64,000 nt of DNA from Candidatus Limnocylindrales bacterium (GTDB taxonomy: Bacteria > Chloroflexota > Limnocylindria > Limnocylindrales > CSP1-4): NCBI GenBank assembly GCA_038245515.1, contig JBBRSJ010000009.1:624-64623 (forward strand). The letters are read 5' to 3'. Below, piece by piece: positions 1 to 8,632 of this stretch. The notes beneath the pieces were generated by a model. The model made no database searches and was not told where the DNA came from. It was given only the letters and a program-made list of their open reading frames with translations. Position numbers and translations under genes: made by a program. Numbering within the stretch: the stretch's first letter is position 1; every line of letters begins with the position of its first letter.

Positions 1-116
1 CGGCCAGGCCGGTCGATGCCACCCCGACTAGCGAGAGTCTCGAGTCACGGCCTGTTTCAAGCTCCTCGGCGCCGTCTGCGATCGCGAGCCATCCGACGAC
101 GCCCCTCGCGACCGCG

Positions 117-1142
117 GTGCCATCGCCCACTCGAACGCCACGGCTGGACTACGTCGTCACGAGCTTCAAGCTTGTGAGACCTCGGACAGGATGGGTCGAG
201 ACCGACCATGGGCTGCTGATTACGCGAGACGACGGCGCGACATGGGTTGACGTGAGCCCCGCTGGCCATGCCATCACCTACGGCCTGGCTGCTCTCGACG
301 ATCAGGTCGCCTATGTCGCGACCGATGAGGCCGGCACCTCGAGTCCGACCGTCAGGCTGTGGCGGACATCGGATGGCGGTCGGACCTGGCGATGGACGAA
401 TCTGCTATCCGTGCCCCTTTCCGGCGCAGCGACGGACTGTGGCTGCGGCGGGCATGACCTGCTCATCGATGTGGTCGATCCACTCGTGGCGTTCGTCGAT
501 GTCATCGTCCATGGCACGTCGGATGGGACCTTTCACAACATCTTTCGGAGCATCGACGGTGGGACGACATGGACATCCGTTCCCATATCGATCGACGCCA
601 CTGGATCGGACCCGGACCTCGTCATACGGTTCCTTGCGCCCGACGTTGGGACCGTTTGGTTCGAGGAGCGGACGTACGTCGCCGATGGGCGCTGGGGTCG
701 ATGGACAAAGGTCGATGTCAACGCGGACGGGCCAGTGACGTTCCTCGATCGCGACCGCTGGATCATGGGGCGCGTCACGGACCCCTCACTCCCCATTCTG
801 ATCGGCGAATCCGATGACGCCGGCGGCTCATGGCGAACGATCACGCGGACTCTGCCCCCCGAGATCGCCACCCTCACCTTCCTCGACGGGACGACGTGGG
901 TCGCGGTTACCGCCACCTCGAAGGCACCCGCGGAAACCTGGATCAGCGACGACGCCGGCATTACATGGAACCGCGTTGGCAAACAGCCGACGACAGATCC
1001 ATGGCTCCACGACGCCATCTACGATTCGATCGTACAGTCCTCGACGTTCATTGACGGTTCCCATGCCTGGGTGCGGACGGATGCTCACGGGCTCGCCACC
1101 ACCAGCGACGGCGGCGCGCACTGGTCCGTGATCCTCCGTTGA
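117..1142 (+). CDS. BNR/Asp-box repeat beta-propeller protein (Ycf48/sialidase-like fold)
   Basis: Six S-x-D-x-G-x-(T/S)-W type motifs spaced ~50-60 aa apart (DDGATW, SDGGRTW, IDGGTTW, SDDAGGSW, SDDAGITW, SDGGAHW). GTG start. No signal peptide seen. Confidence 0.7.
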   Translation: MPSPTRTPRLDYVVTSFKLVRPRTGWVETDHGLLITRDDGATWVDVSPAGHAITYGLAALDDQVAYVATDEAGTSSPTVRLWRTSDGGRTWRWTNLLSVPLSGAATDCGCGGHDLLIDVVDPLVAFVDVIVHGTSDGTFHNIFRSIDGGTTWTSVPISIDATGSDPDLVIRFLAPDVGTVWFEERTYVADGRWGRWTKVDVNADGPVTFLDRDRWIMGRVTDPSLPILIGESDDAGGSWRTITRTLPPEIATLTFLDGTTWVAVTATSKAPAETWISDDAGITWNRVGKQPTTDPWLHDAIYDSIVQSSTFIDGSHAWVRTDAHGLATTSDGGAHWSVILR

Positions 1143-1318
1143 CCCGGGCGGGCGAGGGCACCGGCGAGGAGGTCTCGGGGGCGGCTTCGGCGGTCTTGCC
1201 GGGAGGGCCCGCCGCTGTTGATGTCGAGCATTGTCGGGCCATCGATCTCGATACGACCCATCGACCGTCGATCGGACGGTCGACGATTATCGCGCGCGCA
1301 CAGTGCCAGGCAGGACCC

Positions 1319-1366
1319 GGCGGCAACTTCCGAGCGCTCTAACTACTACCCCTGCGGCTCGTTGAC
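1319..1366 (+). repeat. Palindromic-repeat family, copy A (left arm plus degenerate loop)
   Basis: ggcggcaacttccgagcgctctaactactacccc + tgcggctcgttgac. It matches the left arm and loop of the full copy at 11670-11751. Confidence 0.7.
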
Positions 1367-1391
1367 GGTCTTCCCGGCCCGCACGTACAAT
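1362..1391 (+). promoter_or_regulatory. Sigma70-like promoter upstream of Rrf2-sufC-sufS
   Basis: TTGACG (1362-1367), 18-nt spacer, TACAAT (1386-1391). Same layout as the site at 15539-15567. Confidence 0.5.
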
Positions 1392-1413
1392 CCCGATGAA
1401 ATCACTCGGGATT
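1389..1413. promoter_or_regulatory. Perfect inverted repeat AATCCCGA-N9-TCGGGATT, candidate Rrf2 operator
   Basis: 8-bp arms at 1389-1396 and 1406-1413, overlapping the -10 box. The identical palindrome and geometry recur at 15569-15593. Confidence 0.55.
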
Positions 1414-1950
1414 GAGGACCGTCTCCTGACGCAGTCGCTGGCCACCCCCACGCCGCCTACAGCCCGTCCGACCTTCCACGGCTCGGGCGCCGTCTCCTTC
1501 AGCACGAAGGGCGAGTACGGCGTGCGCCTGATGGTCCAGCTCGGACTGCGGTTCGGGACCGGCCCGGCAAGCCTCGCCGAGATGGCCGCCGACGAGGACC
1601 TCCCGCGGGCGTACCTCGAGCAGCTCGTGATGAGCCTGCGCGACGCCGGTCTCGTGGCCAGCACCCGCGGCGCGCACGGCGGCTACGAGCTCACCCGCCA
1701 GCCCGCTGACATCCGGATGAGCGAGATCCTGCGGGCCCTCGAGGGCCCGATCGCGCCGATGATCTGCGCGACCGACGATCCCGAGCATGGCCTCACCTGC
1801 GACCGCAGCTCGCGCTGCACCGTCAACGTCCTCTGGGTCCGCGTCCGCGACGCGATCACCGGAGCACTCGAATCGATGACCCTGGCCGACCTGGTGCCGC
1901 AGCGCCTCGTCGGCATCGACGACCTCCAAGGAGCCTTGATCGCCCCGTGA
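1396..1950 (+). CDS. Rrf2-family (IscR/SufR-like) transcriptional regulator
   Basis: The wHTH core STKGEYGVRLMVQLG...LAEMAADEDLPRAYLEQLVMSLRDAGLVASTRGAHGGYEL is typical of Rrf2. The Cys cluster ICATDDPEHGLTCDRSSRC could bind Fe-S. The start is uncertain: the ATG at 1396 lies inside the operator and adds ~34 aa before the conserved N-terminus. Confidence 0.85.
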   Translation: MKSLGIEDRLLTQSLATPTPPTARPTFHGSGAVSFSTKGEYGVRLMVQLGLRFGTGPASLAEMAADEDLPRAYLEQLVMSLRDAGLVASTRGAHGGYELTRQPADIRMSEILRALEGPIAPMICATDDPEHGLTCDRSSRCTVNVLWVRVRDAITGALESMTLADLVPQRLVGIDDLQGALIAP

Positions 1951-2906
1951 CCGACCAGACCGCCGCCCCGACCGCGCCCGGCGTCCCCGCAGCCCCGACG
2001 GCGGGCCGCGACGACGACCGCCTGATCATTCGCGGCCTCCGTGTCGCGCCACTCGCCAAGCCCGAGGTCGAGATCCTCCAGGGGATCGACCTCGAGATCG
2101 GCAAGGGCGAGGTTCACGCGATCATGGGCCCGAACGGCTCCGGCAAGACGACCCTCGCCTATGCGCTGATGGGCCATCCCGCCTACTTGATCACCGGCGG
2201 CGAGGTCCTCTGGAAGGGCCGCAACATCCTGAAGCTGTCGGCCGACAAACGGGCCCGGCTCGGGATGTTCCTCGCCTTCCAGTACCCGACCGCGATTCCC
2301 GGGCTCAGCGTCGCGTCCTTCATCCGGAGCGCCCTCAACGCAAAGCTCCAGGGGATCGACAAGAGCGACGGCATCGACCCGACCGACCCGATGAAGGGCG
2401 GCATCAACATGCGCGACTTCCGCAACAAGATGCGCGAGAAGATGGCGCTCCTCCGGATGGACGAGAGCTTCGCCAGCCGCTACGTCAACGAGGGCTTCAG
2501 CGGCGGCGAGAAGAAGCGCCTCGAGATGCTCCAGATGGCGGTGATCGAGCCCCAGATCGCGATCCTCGACGAGACGGACTCAGGGCTCGACATCGACGCC
2601 CTCCGGATCGTCGCCGAGGGCGTCAACGCGATGCTCAACCCGGAGCTCGGCGTGCTGCTGATCACGCACTACCAGCGGCTGCTCAACTACATCACCCCGG
2701 ATTTCGTCCACGTCCTCGCCCAGGGCCGGATCGTCAAGAGCGGCGGCAAGGACCTCGCGCTCCGGCTCGAGGACGAGGGCTACGGCCCGATCCTCCGCGA
2801 AGCCGGCCTCGAGATCAACGTGTCAGACGAGGCGCTGCTGGTGCCGAAGGCGCCGCACGGCGCCGACGTCGAGCCCGAGCCGCAGCCCGTGGAGGTCGCC
2901 CGCTAG
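1947..2906 (+). CDS. sufC: Fe-S cluster assembly ATPase SufC
   Basis: Walker A GPNGSGKTTL. SufC-typical LMGHPAY, FLAFQYP and NEGFSGGEKKR signature, plus ILDETDSGLD. GTGA overlap with the Rrf2 stop. Confidence 0.9.
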   Translation: MTDQTAAPTAPGVPAAPTAGRDDDRLIIRGLRVAPLAKPEVEILQGIDLEIGKGEVHAIMGPNGSGKTTLAYALMGHPAYLITGGEVLWKGRNILKLSADKRARLGMFLAFQYPTAIPGLSVASFIRSALNAKLQGIDKSDGIDPTDPMKGGINMRDFRNKMREKMALLRMDESFASRYVNEGFSGGEKKRLEMLQMAVIEPQIAILDETDSGLDIDALRIVAEGVNAMLNPELGVLLITHYQRLLNYITPDFVHVLAQGRIVKSGGKDLALRLEDEGYGPILREAGLEINVSDEALLVPKAPHGADVEPEPQPVEVAR

Positions 2907-2922
2907 CCGGGCGGATGACCCG

Positions 2923-4215
2923 ATGGCGATCGAGACCGAGCCCGACGTCGCGTCGTCCGTCACCGACGCCGCCGCCGGTCCCGCCGGGTTTGACCCGCAA
3001 GGCGTCCGCCTCGATTTCCCGATCCTCCAGCAGCAGATCAACGGGCATCCGCTGGTCTACCTCGACTCGGCGTCGACCTCGCAGAAGCCGCAGGTCGTCC
3101 TCGACGCGATCGACACCTACTACCGCGAGTACAACGCCAACGTCCACCGTGGGATCTACACGATCGGCGAGAAGGCGACTGCCGAATACGAGAAGGCCCG
3201 CGCGAAGACCGCCCGGTTCATCAACGCCCCAGATGCCCACGAGATCGTCTTTACCCGGAACGCGACCGAGGCGATCAACCTCGTCGCGTACTCGTGGGGC
3301 CGGAAGAACATCAATCGCGGCGACGCGATCGTGCTCACGGAAATGGAGCACCACGCCAACCTCGTGCCGTGGCAGATCCTCGTCCAGGAGCGCGACGGCG
3401 ACCTCGAGTTCATCCCGATCACCGACGACGGGATCCTCCGCCTCGAGGTTTACGAGGTTCTGCTGAAGCTCCGCCCGAAGCTCGTCGCGTTCACCCACGT
3501 GTCGAACACGCTCGGCACGATCAACCCGGTCCGCGAGATGGTCGAGATGGCCCACGCGGTGGGCGCGCTGGCCCTCGTCGACGGCGCCCAGGCCGTGCCC
3601 CACGTGCCGGTCGACGTCCAGGAACTCGGCGCCGACTTCTATGCGTTCAGCGGCCACAAGATGCTGGCGCCGATGGGCTCGGGCGGACTGTGGGCGCGGC
3701 GCGAGCTGCTCGAGACCATGCCGCCGTTCCTTGCCGGCGGCGAGATGATCCGCGAGGTCCACCTTCGCCGCTCCGACTTCAACGACATCCCATGGAAGTT
3801 CGAGGCGGGGACGCCGGCGGTCGGCGATGCGATCGGGATGGGCGTTGCTGCCGAGTATCTGACCGCGATCGGGATGGACAACGTCCGGGCGCACGAGCGC
3901 GACCTGGTCGCGTACGCCCTCGAGCAGCTCCCCGCGCGCGTGCCCGGGATCGAGCTGTACGGGCCGATGTCGCCGGATCTGCGTGGCGGGGTCGTTCCGT
4001 TCAACCTGCCGGGGATCCATCCGCACGACGTCGCCCAGGTGCTTGACCGGTTCGGGATCGCCGTCCGGGCCGGCCATCACTGCACGATGCCGCTCCACGA
4101 GCGATTGGATCTGGCGGCCACGGCCCGGGCCTCGTTCCAGGTTTATTCGACCCGCGACGACATCGACGCGCTGTGCACCGGCCTCGTGGAGGTTCAACGG
4201 GTCTTCGGCGGGTAG
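2923..4215 (+). CDS. sufS: Cysteine desulfurase SufS (class V aminotransferase, group II)
   Basis: FPIL..., YLDSASTSQKPQ, NANVHRG, PLP-lysine region SGHKM, and RAGHHCTMP containing the active-site Cys. Confidence 0.9.
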   Translation: MAIETEPDVASSVTDAAAGPAGFDPQGVRLDFPILQQQINGHPLVYLDSASTSQKPQVVLDAIDTYYREYNANVHRGIYTIGEKATAEYEKARAKTARFINAPDAHEIVFTRNATEAINLVAYSWGRKNINRGDAIVLTEMEHHANLVPWQILVQERDGDLEFIPITDDGILRLEVYEVLLKLRPKLVAFTHVSNTLGTINPVREMVEMAHAVGALALVDGAQAVPHVPVDVQELGADFYAFSGHKMLAPMGSGGLWARRELLETMPPFLAGGEMIREVHLRRSDFNDIPWKFEAGTPAVGDAIGMGVAAEYLTAIGMDNVRAHERDLVAYALEQLPARVPGIELYGPMSPDLRGGVVPFNLPGIHPHDVAQVLDRFGIAVRAGHHCTMPLHERLDLAATARASFQVYSTRDDIDALCTGLVEVQRVFGG

Positions 4216-4372
4216 CGTCCGCCGTCCGCGTTCGGCGAGTCCCCGGAGACTCAGAATCGCCACCAACAAGCGTGGCAGCTAGCCAGATCTGTCGATTCTC
4301 TCCCTCGACCACGCTCCCAGCGCCCAGATATGAGTCCCCCGAGACTCGCTTTCGGCGGATAGGCTGCCAACC

Positions 4373-5383
4373 TCAGCGTGTCGGCATGCTCACGGCGCCC
4401 GGCGGCGTGCTTCCGCCGTCGAACAGCTGTCGGTTCCCGAGCGGCTCGGGCAGCTTGATCGTCACCGGGAACGGCGTGTTGCCCTGGCAGTCCTGACCGC
4501 CGGGCAGGCGGCGGATCATCATCGTGATCGTGATCGCGGTGTCGGCCACCTCGATGGCCGGATCCTCGACCCGGCCATCGGGCGATTTCCCGCTGGCGCA
4601 CGCGGTCTCGGTTACGAGGGCAGTGAGCGTGGTCGCGGTCGGGCCCGGCTTCGGCTTCTTCGGATCTAGCGTCCACGTCGCCGTCTTGACCCGCACCTCG
4701 AGCTCGCTCGTCGGCGGCGTGGCCGATCCGATCACTGTGCCCTGTGCATCGAGGGCGGACAGTGAGGTGGGAAGGACCGCTCCCTGCCACCAGGCGGCCC
4801 ACCAACCCTCGGCGTCCGTCCCGTTCACGACCGCGGCACCGTTGATGCCGATCCTGGTCGACGCGGCAGTCGTCCCGATCCGGCCGAACGCAACGGTCCG
4901 GCCGCTGGGTCGGTCGGCCTCGGTGACCATCGACGCAACGGTCATCCCCGCGTCTGCCGCCGGGACGAGGGTCGTCGCGGAGAGGAGGTCGACCGAGTCG
5001 ACCGTCGCCTGGCTGCCGGCCCGGTCGAAGTGGGCGAGGCATTCGATCGCGTCGAGATCGTCGGCCATGATCGCGATCACCAGGCCTTCGCCACGCGCGT
5101 CGACGACCGCGGTCGGCAGCTCGCCGGCGGCGGTGCCGAGCGTCGCGCGCGCGGCGGCGGCGCAGGCGTCGGAGAGGATCGCGATGTGCGGATCATCGAG
5201 GACGATCGGCGACGCCTGCCATGGCCCGATGAGCTCGGCCGTCAAGGGCCCGGTCGGCTCGGTGCCCGCTGAGGCATCGGTCGTCGTCGGCTGCGCTCCG
5301 TCGCTCGGGCCCGGCGTGTTCGCGCAGGCCCCGCCGATGAGGGCGATTGCCAGGAACGTGAGGGCCGGCCGGCGAACGTCCAT
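4373..5383 (-). CDS. Lipoprotein of unknown function
   Basis: The internal ATG at 5383 gives MDVRRPALTFLAIALIGGAC with a lipobox (L-I-G-G-A-C). The track ORF was trimmed because its upstream part is Arg/Pro-rich. It is the last gene of the sigma/anti-sigma operon. Confidence 0.65.
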   Translation of the reverse strand: MDVRRPALTFLAIALIGGACANTPGPSDGAQPTTTDASAGTEPTGPLTAELIGPWQASPIVLDDPHIAILSDACAAAARATLGTAAGELPTAVVDARGEGLVIAIMADDLDAIECLAHFDRAGSQATVDSVDLLSATTLVPAADAGMTVASMVTEADRPSGRTVAFGRIGTTAASTRIGINGAAVVNGTDAEGWWAAWWQGAVLPTSLSALDAQGTVIGSATPPTSELEVRVKTATWTLDPKKPKPGPTATTLTALVTETACASGKSPDGRVEDPAIEVADTAITITMMIRRLPGGQDCQGNTPFPVTIKLPEPLGNRQLFDGGSTPPGAVSMPTR

Positions 5384-5525
5384 GACCGGACCATATCCCG
5401 TCGTCGCGGAATGGTCAGCCGTTCGAGATGGCGAAGCCGATCCCTCGCCCGTGAGCCTGCGACAGCGTGAACCAAAGCCTGGCCTGCCCGGTGTGGTCGG
5501 CTGACCTTGGTGCAGTGCCAACGCG

Positions 5526-6689
5526 TCAGGGCCGACGCACGACCTGCATCGGCGCATTGGCCAGGGGTCCGCTGTCGCCGAGCAGCAACCATGTGAACTT
5601 GGCGTCGCCCGTCGGCTGGTCGATCGGGACGGCGAGCCGCATCTCATAGCTGACGGTGCCGCCGGCCGGCACCTCATGGACCGCGTCGCAGTTCAACAGG
5701 CCGTACGTGATCGTCGCGACCCATCCGGCGGATGAGCCGGTTCCCAGCGCCTGTTCGAAGTCCGGGCACGGCTCGAGCGGGTACGCGGTTGCGCCGGTGT
5801 TGTGGAGGGCCACGACATATGCCAGAACCGCGCCCTGCTCGACGGTCGCCGGCGCGCTGATCTCAGCCTGGAGGGGAGATACCGGCGGTTCGGTCGGATT
5901 GGTCAGCGGAATTGCGCCAAGTGCGCTGACGTCGACTACGCAGCTCGTGTCGAAGGCGGCCGGAATGTCCACGGTCCCGCCAGCGGGCAGGCCAATGCGC
6001 AGAACGGGGTAGGTCCGGTTCACGCCATTCCGGGCTGCGGCGCACTCGGCGCCTCCGCCGATGTTGAGCCCTCCGACGCCGCCCGGCTTCAGATTGCCGG
6101 CAGATCCGGGGTCGCCGAAGTAGCTGCCGTGCGCGACCCGGAGTGGCACTGAGGCTCCTGTCGACGAGACGCCGCTCAGGCTTGGGTAGCCCGACAGGGA
6201 GCACGCGGTCGTCGAGCGGTTCACGAGGGTGACGGGAAGATTGAGGTTCCCCATGGCCTGTCCGACGCGCCCGACGCTGACGTGGAGATCCGACGGCCCG
6301 CAAGGCCGCGCGAAAGCGCCCGGCGGCGGTGTCGGGGCCGGCTCGGATGGCGTCGCCGACCGATTGACCCACGGGACCACACCGGGAGCCGACGACGACG
6401 CGGCTGAGGCGGTTGACGGCGCCGATGGCAGGATCGACGCGGAGGATCCCGGCGTAGAGCCGCTGGGCCGGAGACCGATCACCAGCGCGAGGATGATCGC
6501 GGCGGCAGCGATGCCGACCAGGGGTTCGACTGACATGAGCATTCGGGGGAATCGGCGGCGAGCGACGGGCGAGATGGGCACCTCGCCGGGGATCGCGGTG
6601 ACCCGTTCGCGGAGCTCATCGGGCACGCGGCCGGGTTCGTCTGTCACGAGGGCGGCTCGCAGGTCTCGCTCGAGGCCTTCGTCATTCAT
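5526..6689 (-). CDS. Membrane-anchored anti-sigma factor with DUF4232-like extracytoplasmic domain
   Basis: Its ATG overlaps the sigma stop (ATGA at 6686-6689). One TM helix (LVGIAAAAIILALVIGL), a Ser/Pro linker, then a Cys-containing domain (CGPSDLHVSVG...LVNRSTTACSLSGYPSL). Confidence 0.7.
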   Translation of the reverse strand: MNDEGLERDLRAALVTDEPGRVPDELRERVTAIPGEVPISPVARRRFPRMLMSVEPLVGIAAAAIILALVIGLRPSGSTPGSSASILPSAPSTASAASSSAPGVVPWVNRSATPSEPAPTPPPGAFARPCGPSDLHVSVGRVGQAMGNLNLPVTLVNRSTTACSLSGYPSLSGVSSTGASVPLRVAHGSYFGDPGSAGNLKPGGVGGLNIGGGAECAAARNGVNRTYPVLRIGLPAGGTVDIPAAFDTSCVVDVSALGAIPLTNPTEPPVSPLQAEISAPATVEQGAVLAYVVALHNTGATAYPLEPCPDFEQALGTGSSAGWVATITYGLLNCDAVHEVPAGGTVSYEMRLAVPIDQPTGDAKFTWLLLGDSGPLANAPMQVVRRP

Positions 6690-7267
6690 CGCGGTGCTCC
6701 TGGTGTTCGCTCGGCGGCATCGATGAACGCGCGCAACTGTCGGAGCGCGTAGTGGAGGCGGGACTTGATCGTTCCCTCGCGCTGGCCTGTCCGGAGCGCG
6801 ATCTCGCGCGGCGACAATCCGGGCCCGTAGCGCAGGACGACGGCGATCCGATGGTCGGCATCGAGGGTCGCGAGCGCTCGGTTGACGATGTCCGACTCGC
6901 CGAGGTTCGCGATTGGATCGGGACCGATCGGGCCGATGGTGTCCGTGAAGCCGATCGATCGAACCGGACTGCCGCGCATCCGCATGCGACAGACATTGAG
7001 GAGGATCCGGTCGAACCAGGCATCGATTCGAGCCGGATCGCGCAGCTCGTCCCAGTGGATCCACGCCTGGACCATCGCGTCGTGGACCGCGTCCTGGGCG
7101 TCTGAACGATCGCGGAGGAGCATGGCCGCCCAGCGGTAGGCGCGCTCGAGGCGACCCTGGGTGAATGACTCGAAGGCAAGTCGGCGGACGGCATCCGTCG
7201 TGGCGGGCACTGCCTTCGCCGCCTCCCGACGCTCCACGCCTTCCTCCAGCCGGTCGATCCTCAACAC
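6686..7267 (-). CDS. ECF (sigma-70 family) RNA polymerase sigma factor
   Basis: Region 2 (DAQDAVHDAMVQAW...DAWFDRILLNVC) and region 4 (LSPREIALRTGQREGTIKSRLHYALRQL). Start set at the GTG at 7267; the longer track ORF overlaps the upstream lipoprotein gene. Confidence 0.85.
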   Translation of the reverse strand: MLRIDRLEEGVERREAAKAVPATTDAVRRLAFESFTQGRLERAYRWAAMLLRDRSDAQDAVHDAMVQAWIHWDELRDPARIDAWFDRILLNVCRMRMRGSPVRSIGFTDTIGPIGPDPIANLGESDIVNRALATLDADHRIAVVLRYGPGLSPREIALRTGQREGTIKSRLHYALRQLRAFIDAAERTPGAPR

Positions 7268-7317
7268 GCACTCTAGATGCGATCGGAGGCCAACTGGTTC
7301 AAACGCCGCAACGCCCC

Positions 7318-7353
7318 GTATTCGATTGACGGGGTTGTCGGTAGAGACGTCGG
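7318..7353 (-). repeat. Palindromic-repeat family, copy B (loop plus degenerate arm)
   Basis: gtattcgattgac + ggggttgtcggtagagacgtcgg. Preceded by a collapsed arm, gccgcaacgcccc. Confidence 0.5.
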
Positions 7354-7785
7354 TCAGCCACCAGCGACGGTAACGGAGGCAATGGGAATCGCGCGGGAGG
7401 TCGCGATCCGGATGGCGCGCGGCACGGCGCTCGCGGGGCAGTTCGCCGATGAGCCATGAACCGAGACGTTCAAGAGGTAGCCACCATTCTGAACCCCGAA
7501 CCTGACGGCGGCGTCCTGGCCACATGCGCCGCCTGTCCAGGTCAGGATCGACGTGTTCGGATCGCCTGGATCGGCGCGGAGAGCGGCCTCGGACCCCATC
7601 GCAGGATCGACGGCCGCCTGGGTGATCCCCGTCACCAGCCCCGTTTCGTCGGTCAGCGTGACCGGCAGCGGGTGGTTGAACTCGGTTCGCAGGGTGGTCT
7701 GGAAGGTTCGACCTTCGGGCTGACAGGCCGCGACGAAGACCGTCGCGAACAGGCTGAGGGCGATGGCAGACCGGAGGATTGCCAT
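7354..7785 (-). CDS. Small lipoprotein of unknown function
   Basis: MAILRSAIALSLFATVFVAAC has a lipobox (V-A-A-C). Codon GC3 is coding-like. Flanked by repeat copies B and C. Confidence 0.6.
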   Translation of the reverse strand: MAILRSAIALSLFATVFVAACQPEGRTFQTTLRTEFNHPLPVTLTDETGLVTGITQAAVDPAMGSEAALRADPGDPNTSILTWTGGACGQDAAVRFGVQNGGYLLNVSVHGSSANCPASAVPRAIRIATSRAIPIASVTVAGG

Positions 7786-7876
7786 GGTTCTCCCTTCGGC
7801 TCGGTCCAGGTCGCGGATCCGGATGCCGCTCTCGACAGCAGGTATTTCACCTCATCCCGGCTAACGCGGGGCGTGC

Positions 7877-7923
7877 GACTTCGATTGACGGGGTAGTAGT
7901 TAGAGGGCTCTGCAGTTGCCGCC
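7877..7923 (-). repeat. Palindromic-repeat family, copy C (loop plus right arm)
   Basis: gacttcgattgac + ggggtagtagttagagggctctgcagttgccgcc. The reverse complement equals an A-type left arm. Confidence 0.7.
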
Positions 7924-7929
7924 AGCCCA

Positions 7930-8160
7930 AACAACTTGGACGTCACGGGCGGAGACGGTCGCCGCGGGGCGGCTGGAGGACATCGACGCGCTGGACGACG
8001 TGGTCCAGCTGGCGCGTACAACCAGATGCGCTCCCGGCGTCACCCTGCGCTCGTGAATATGGGCGTCTGCCTTACCTTCAAGAGCGACCGCCACAGTCGG
8101 ACCGACCTGTATTCGACGGCCGACGGCGGCCGGTCCTGGGCACAACTCGAGCCGCCCTGA
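7930..8160 (+). pseudogene. Remnant of a BNR/Asp-box protein C-terminus (frameshifted)
   Basis: One frame reads ...GRLEDIDALDDVVQLARTT...TLRS and stops. The next frame reads NMGVCLTFKSDRHSRTDLYSTADGGRSWAQLEPP and stops. The STADGGRSW Asp-box and the ending resemble the C-terminus of the 117-1142 protein. Confidence 0.3.
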
Positions 8161-8632
8161 GGCTGCCGATCGCACGAGACGTTGGAGACGCTGACCTTTC
8201 GCGCCGCGGACCGACGAGGGCATGGGCCAAAACGGCCGAATTAGGAATCCGCCCGCCGCTGACCGAAGCTACACGGCGTGACGGCGCGCTTGTCCGATCC
8301 ACACCGGCTCCCGGCCCCCTGCATGCTGGTGCGAGGCCCGAACGAACGTCGAGCCGGTGCCGCGGAGGTCGTAGGCCCATGCCAGGCGCCGATCCGGCGG
8401 TCCCACAAGCGCTGGGTCGAGAGGTCTCGGACCCTCTCTCCCAGCCGCATCGAGCGTTCTCCATAGCCCGTCAACGAAAGGGTGAGGGTAGGCGCTTGCC
8501 AGCCTCCGATGACCATGATCTCCAGTTCGCCTAGTGGTTCGAGCGGTACGCTCTCACCGCATTTCAAACCACTGCAGAGTCTGATGTGATTTCGTTGGGT
8601 CTGGACCGACCGCCGAGTCGCCGCCACAAGCC

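Noticed and set aside
1261-1283. The hairpin TCGACCGTC-gatcg-GACGGTCGA, downstream of the first BNR gene, as a terminator.
   Set aside because: It lies 120 nt after the stop codon and has no U-tract. Similar CG-rich dyads arise easily in this composition. It was left unannotated.
2815-4269. Long antisense or shadow ORFs throughout the window. Examples are 2815-4269(-), 17553-18995(-), 26555-28150(+), 32086-34095(-), 38994-40937(+), 45722-47149(+), 49435-50481(-), 51226-52776(-) and 61934-63898(-).
   Set aside because: Their translations are Arg/Pro/Gly/Asp-rich and low in complexity, with no recognisable motifs. Each lies opposite to, or out of frame with, a gene whose product shows clear family signatures. 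Such ORFs are expected by chance in ~70% GC DNA because stop codons are rare.
4237-4347. Two copies of GAGTCCCC(G/C)GAGACTC (4237-4252 and 4332-4347) just downstream of sufS, with a related gagtctcgagtc at ~35-46.
   Set aside because: Only 5-bp stems are possible and the motif is short. It could be a weak terminator or repeat, but the evidence is too thin to call a feature.
6690-7271. The N-terminal 194 aa of track ORF 5526-7271(-), and the extension of 6686-7525(-) beyond 7267.
   Set aside because: The first is out of frame with, and overlaps, the ECF sigma gene. The anti-sigma protein starts at the ATG that overlaps the sigma stop. The second would overlap the upstream lipoprotein gene and adds Arg-rich sequence before the conserved sigma region 2.
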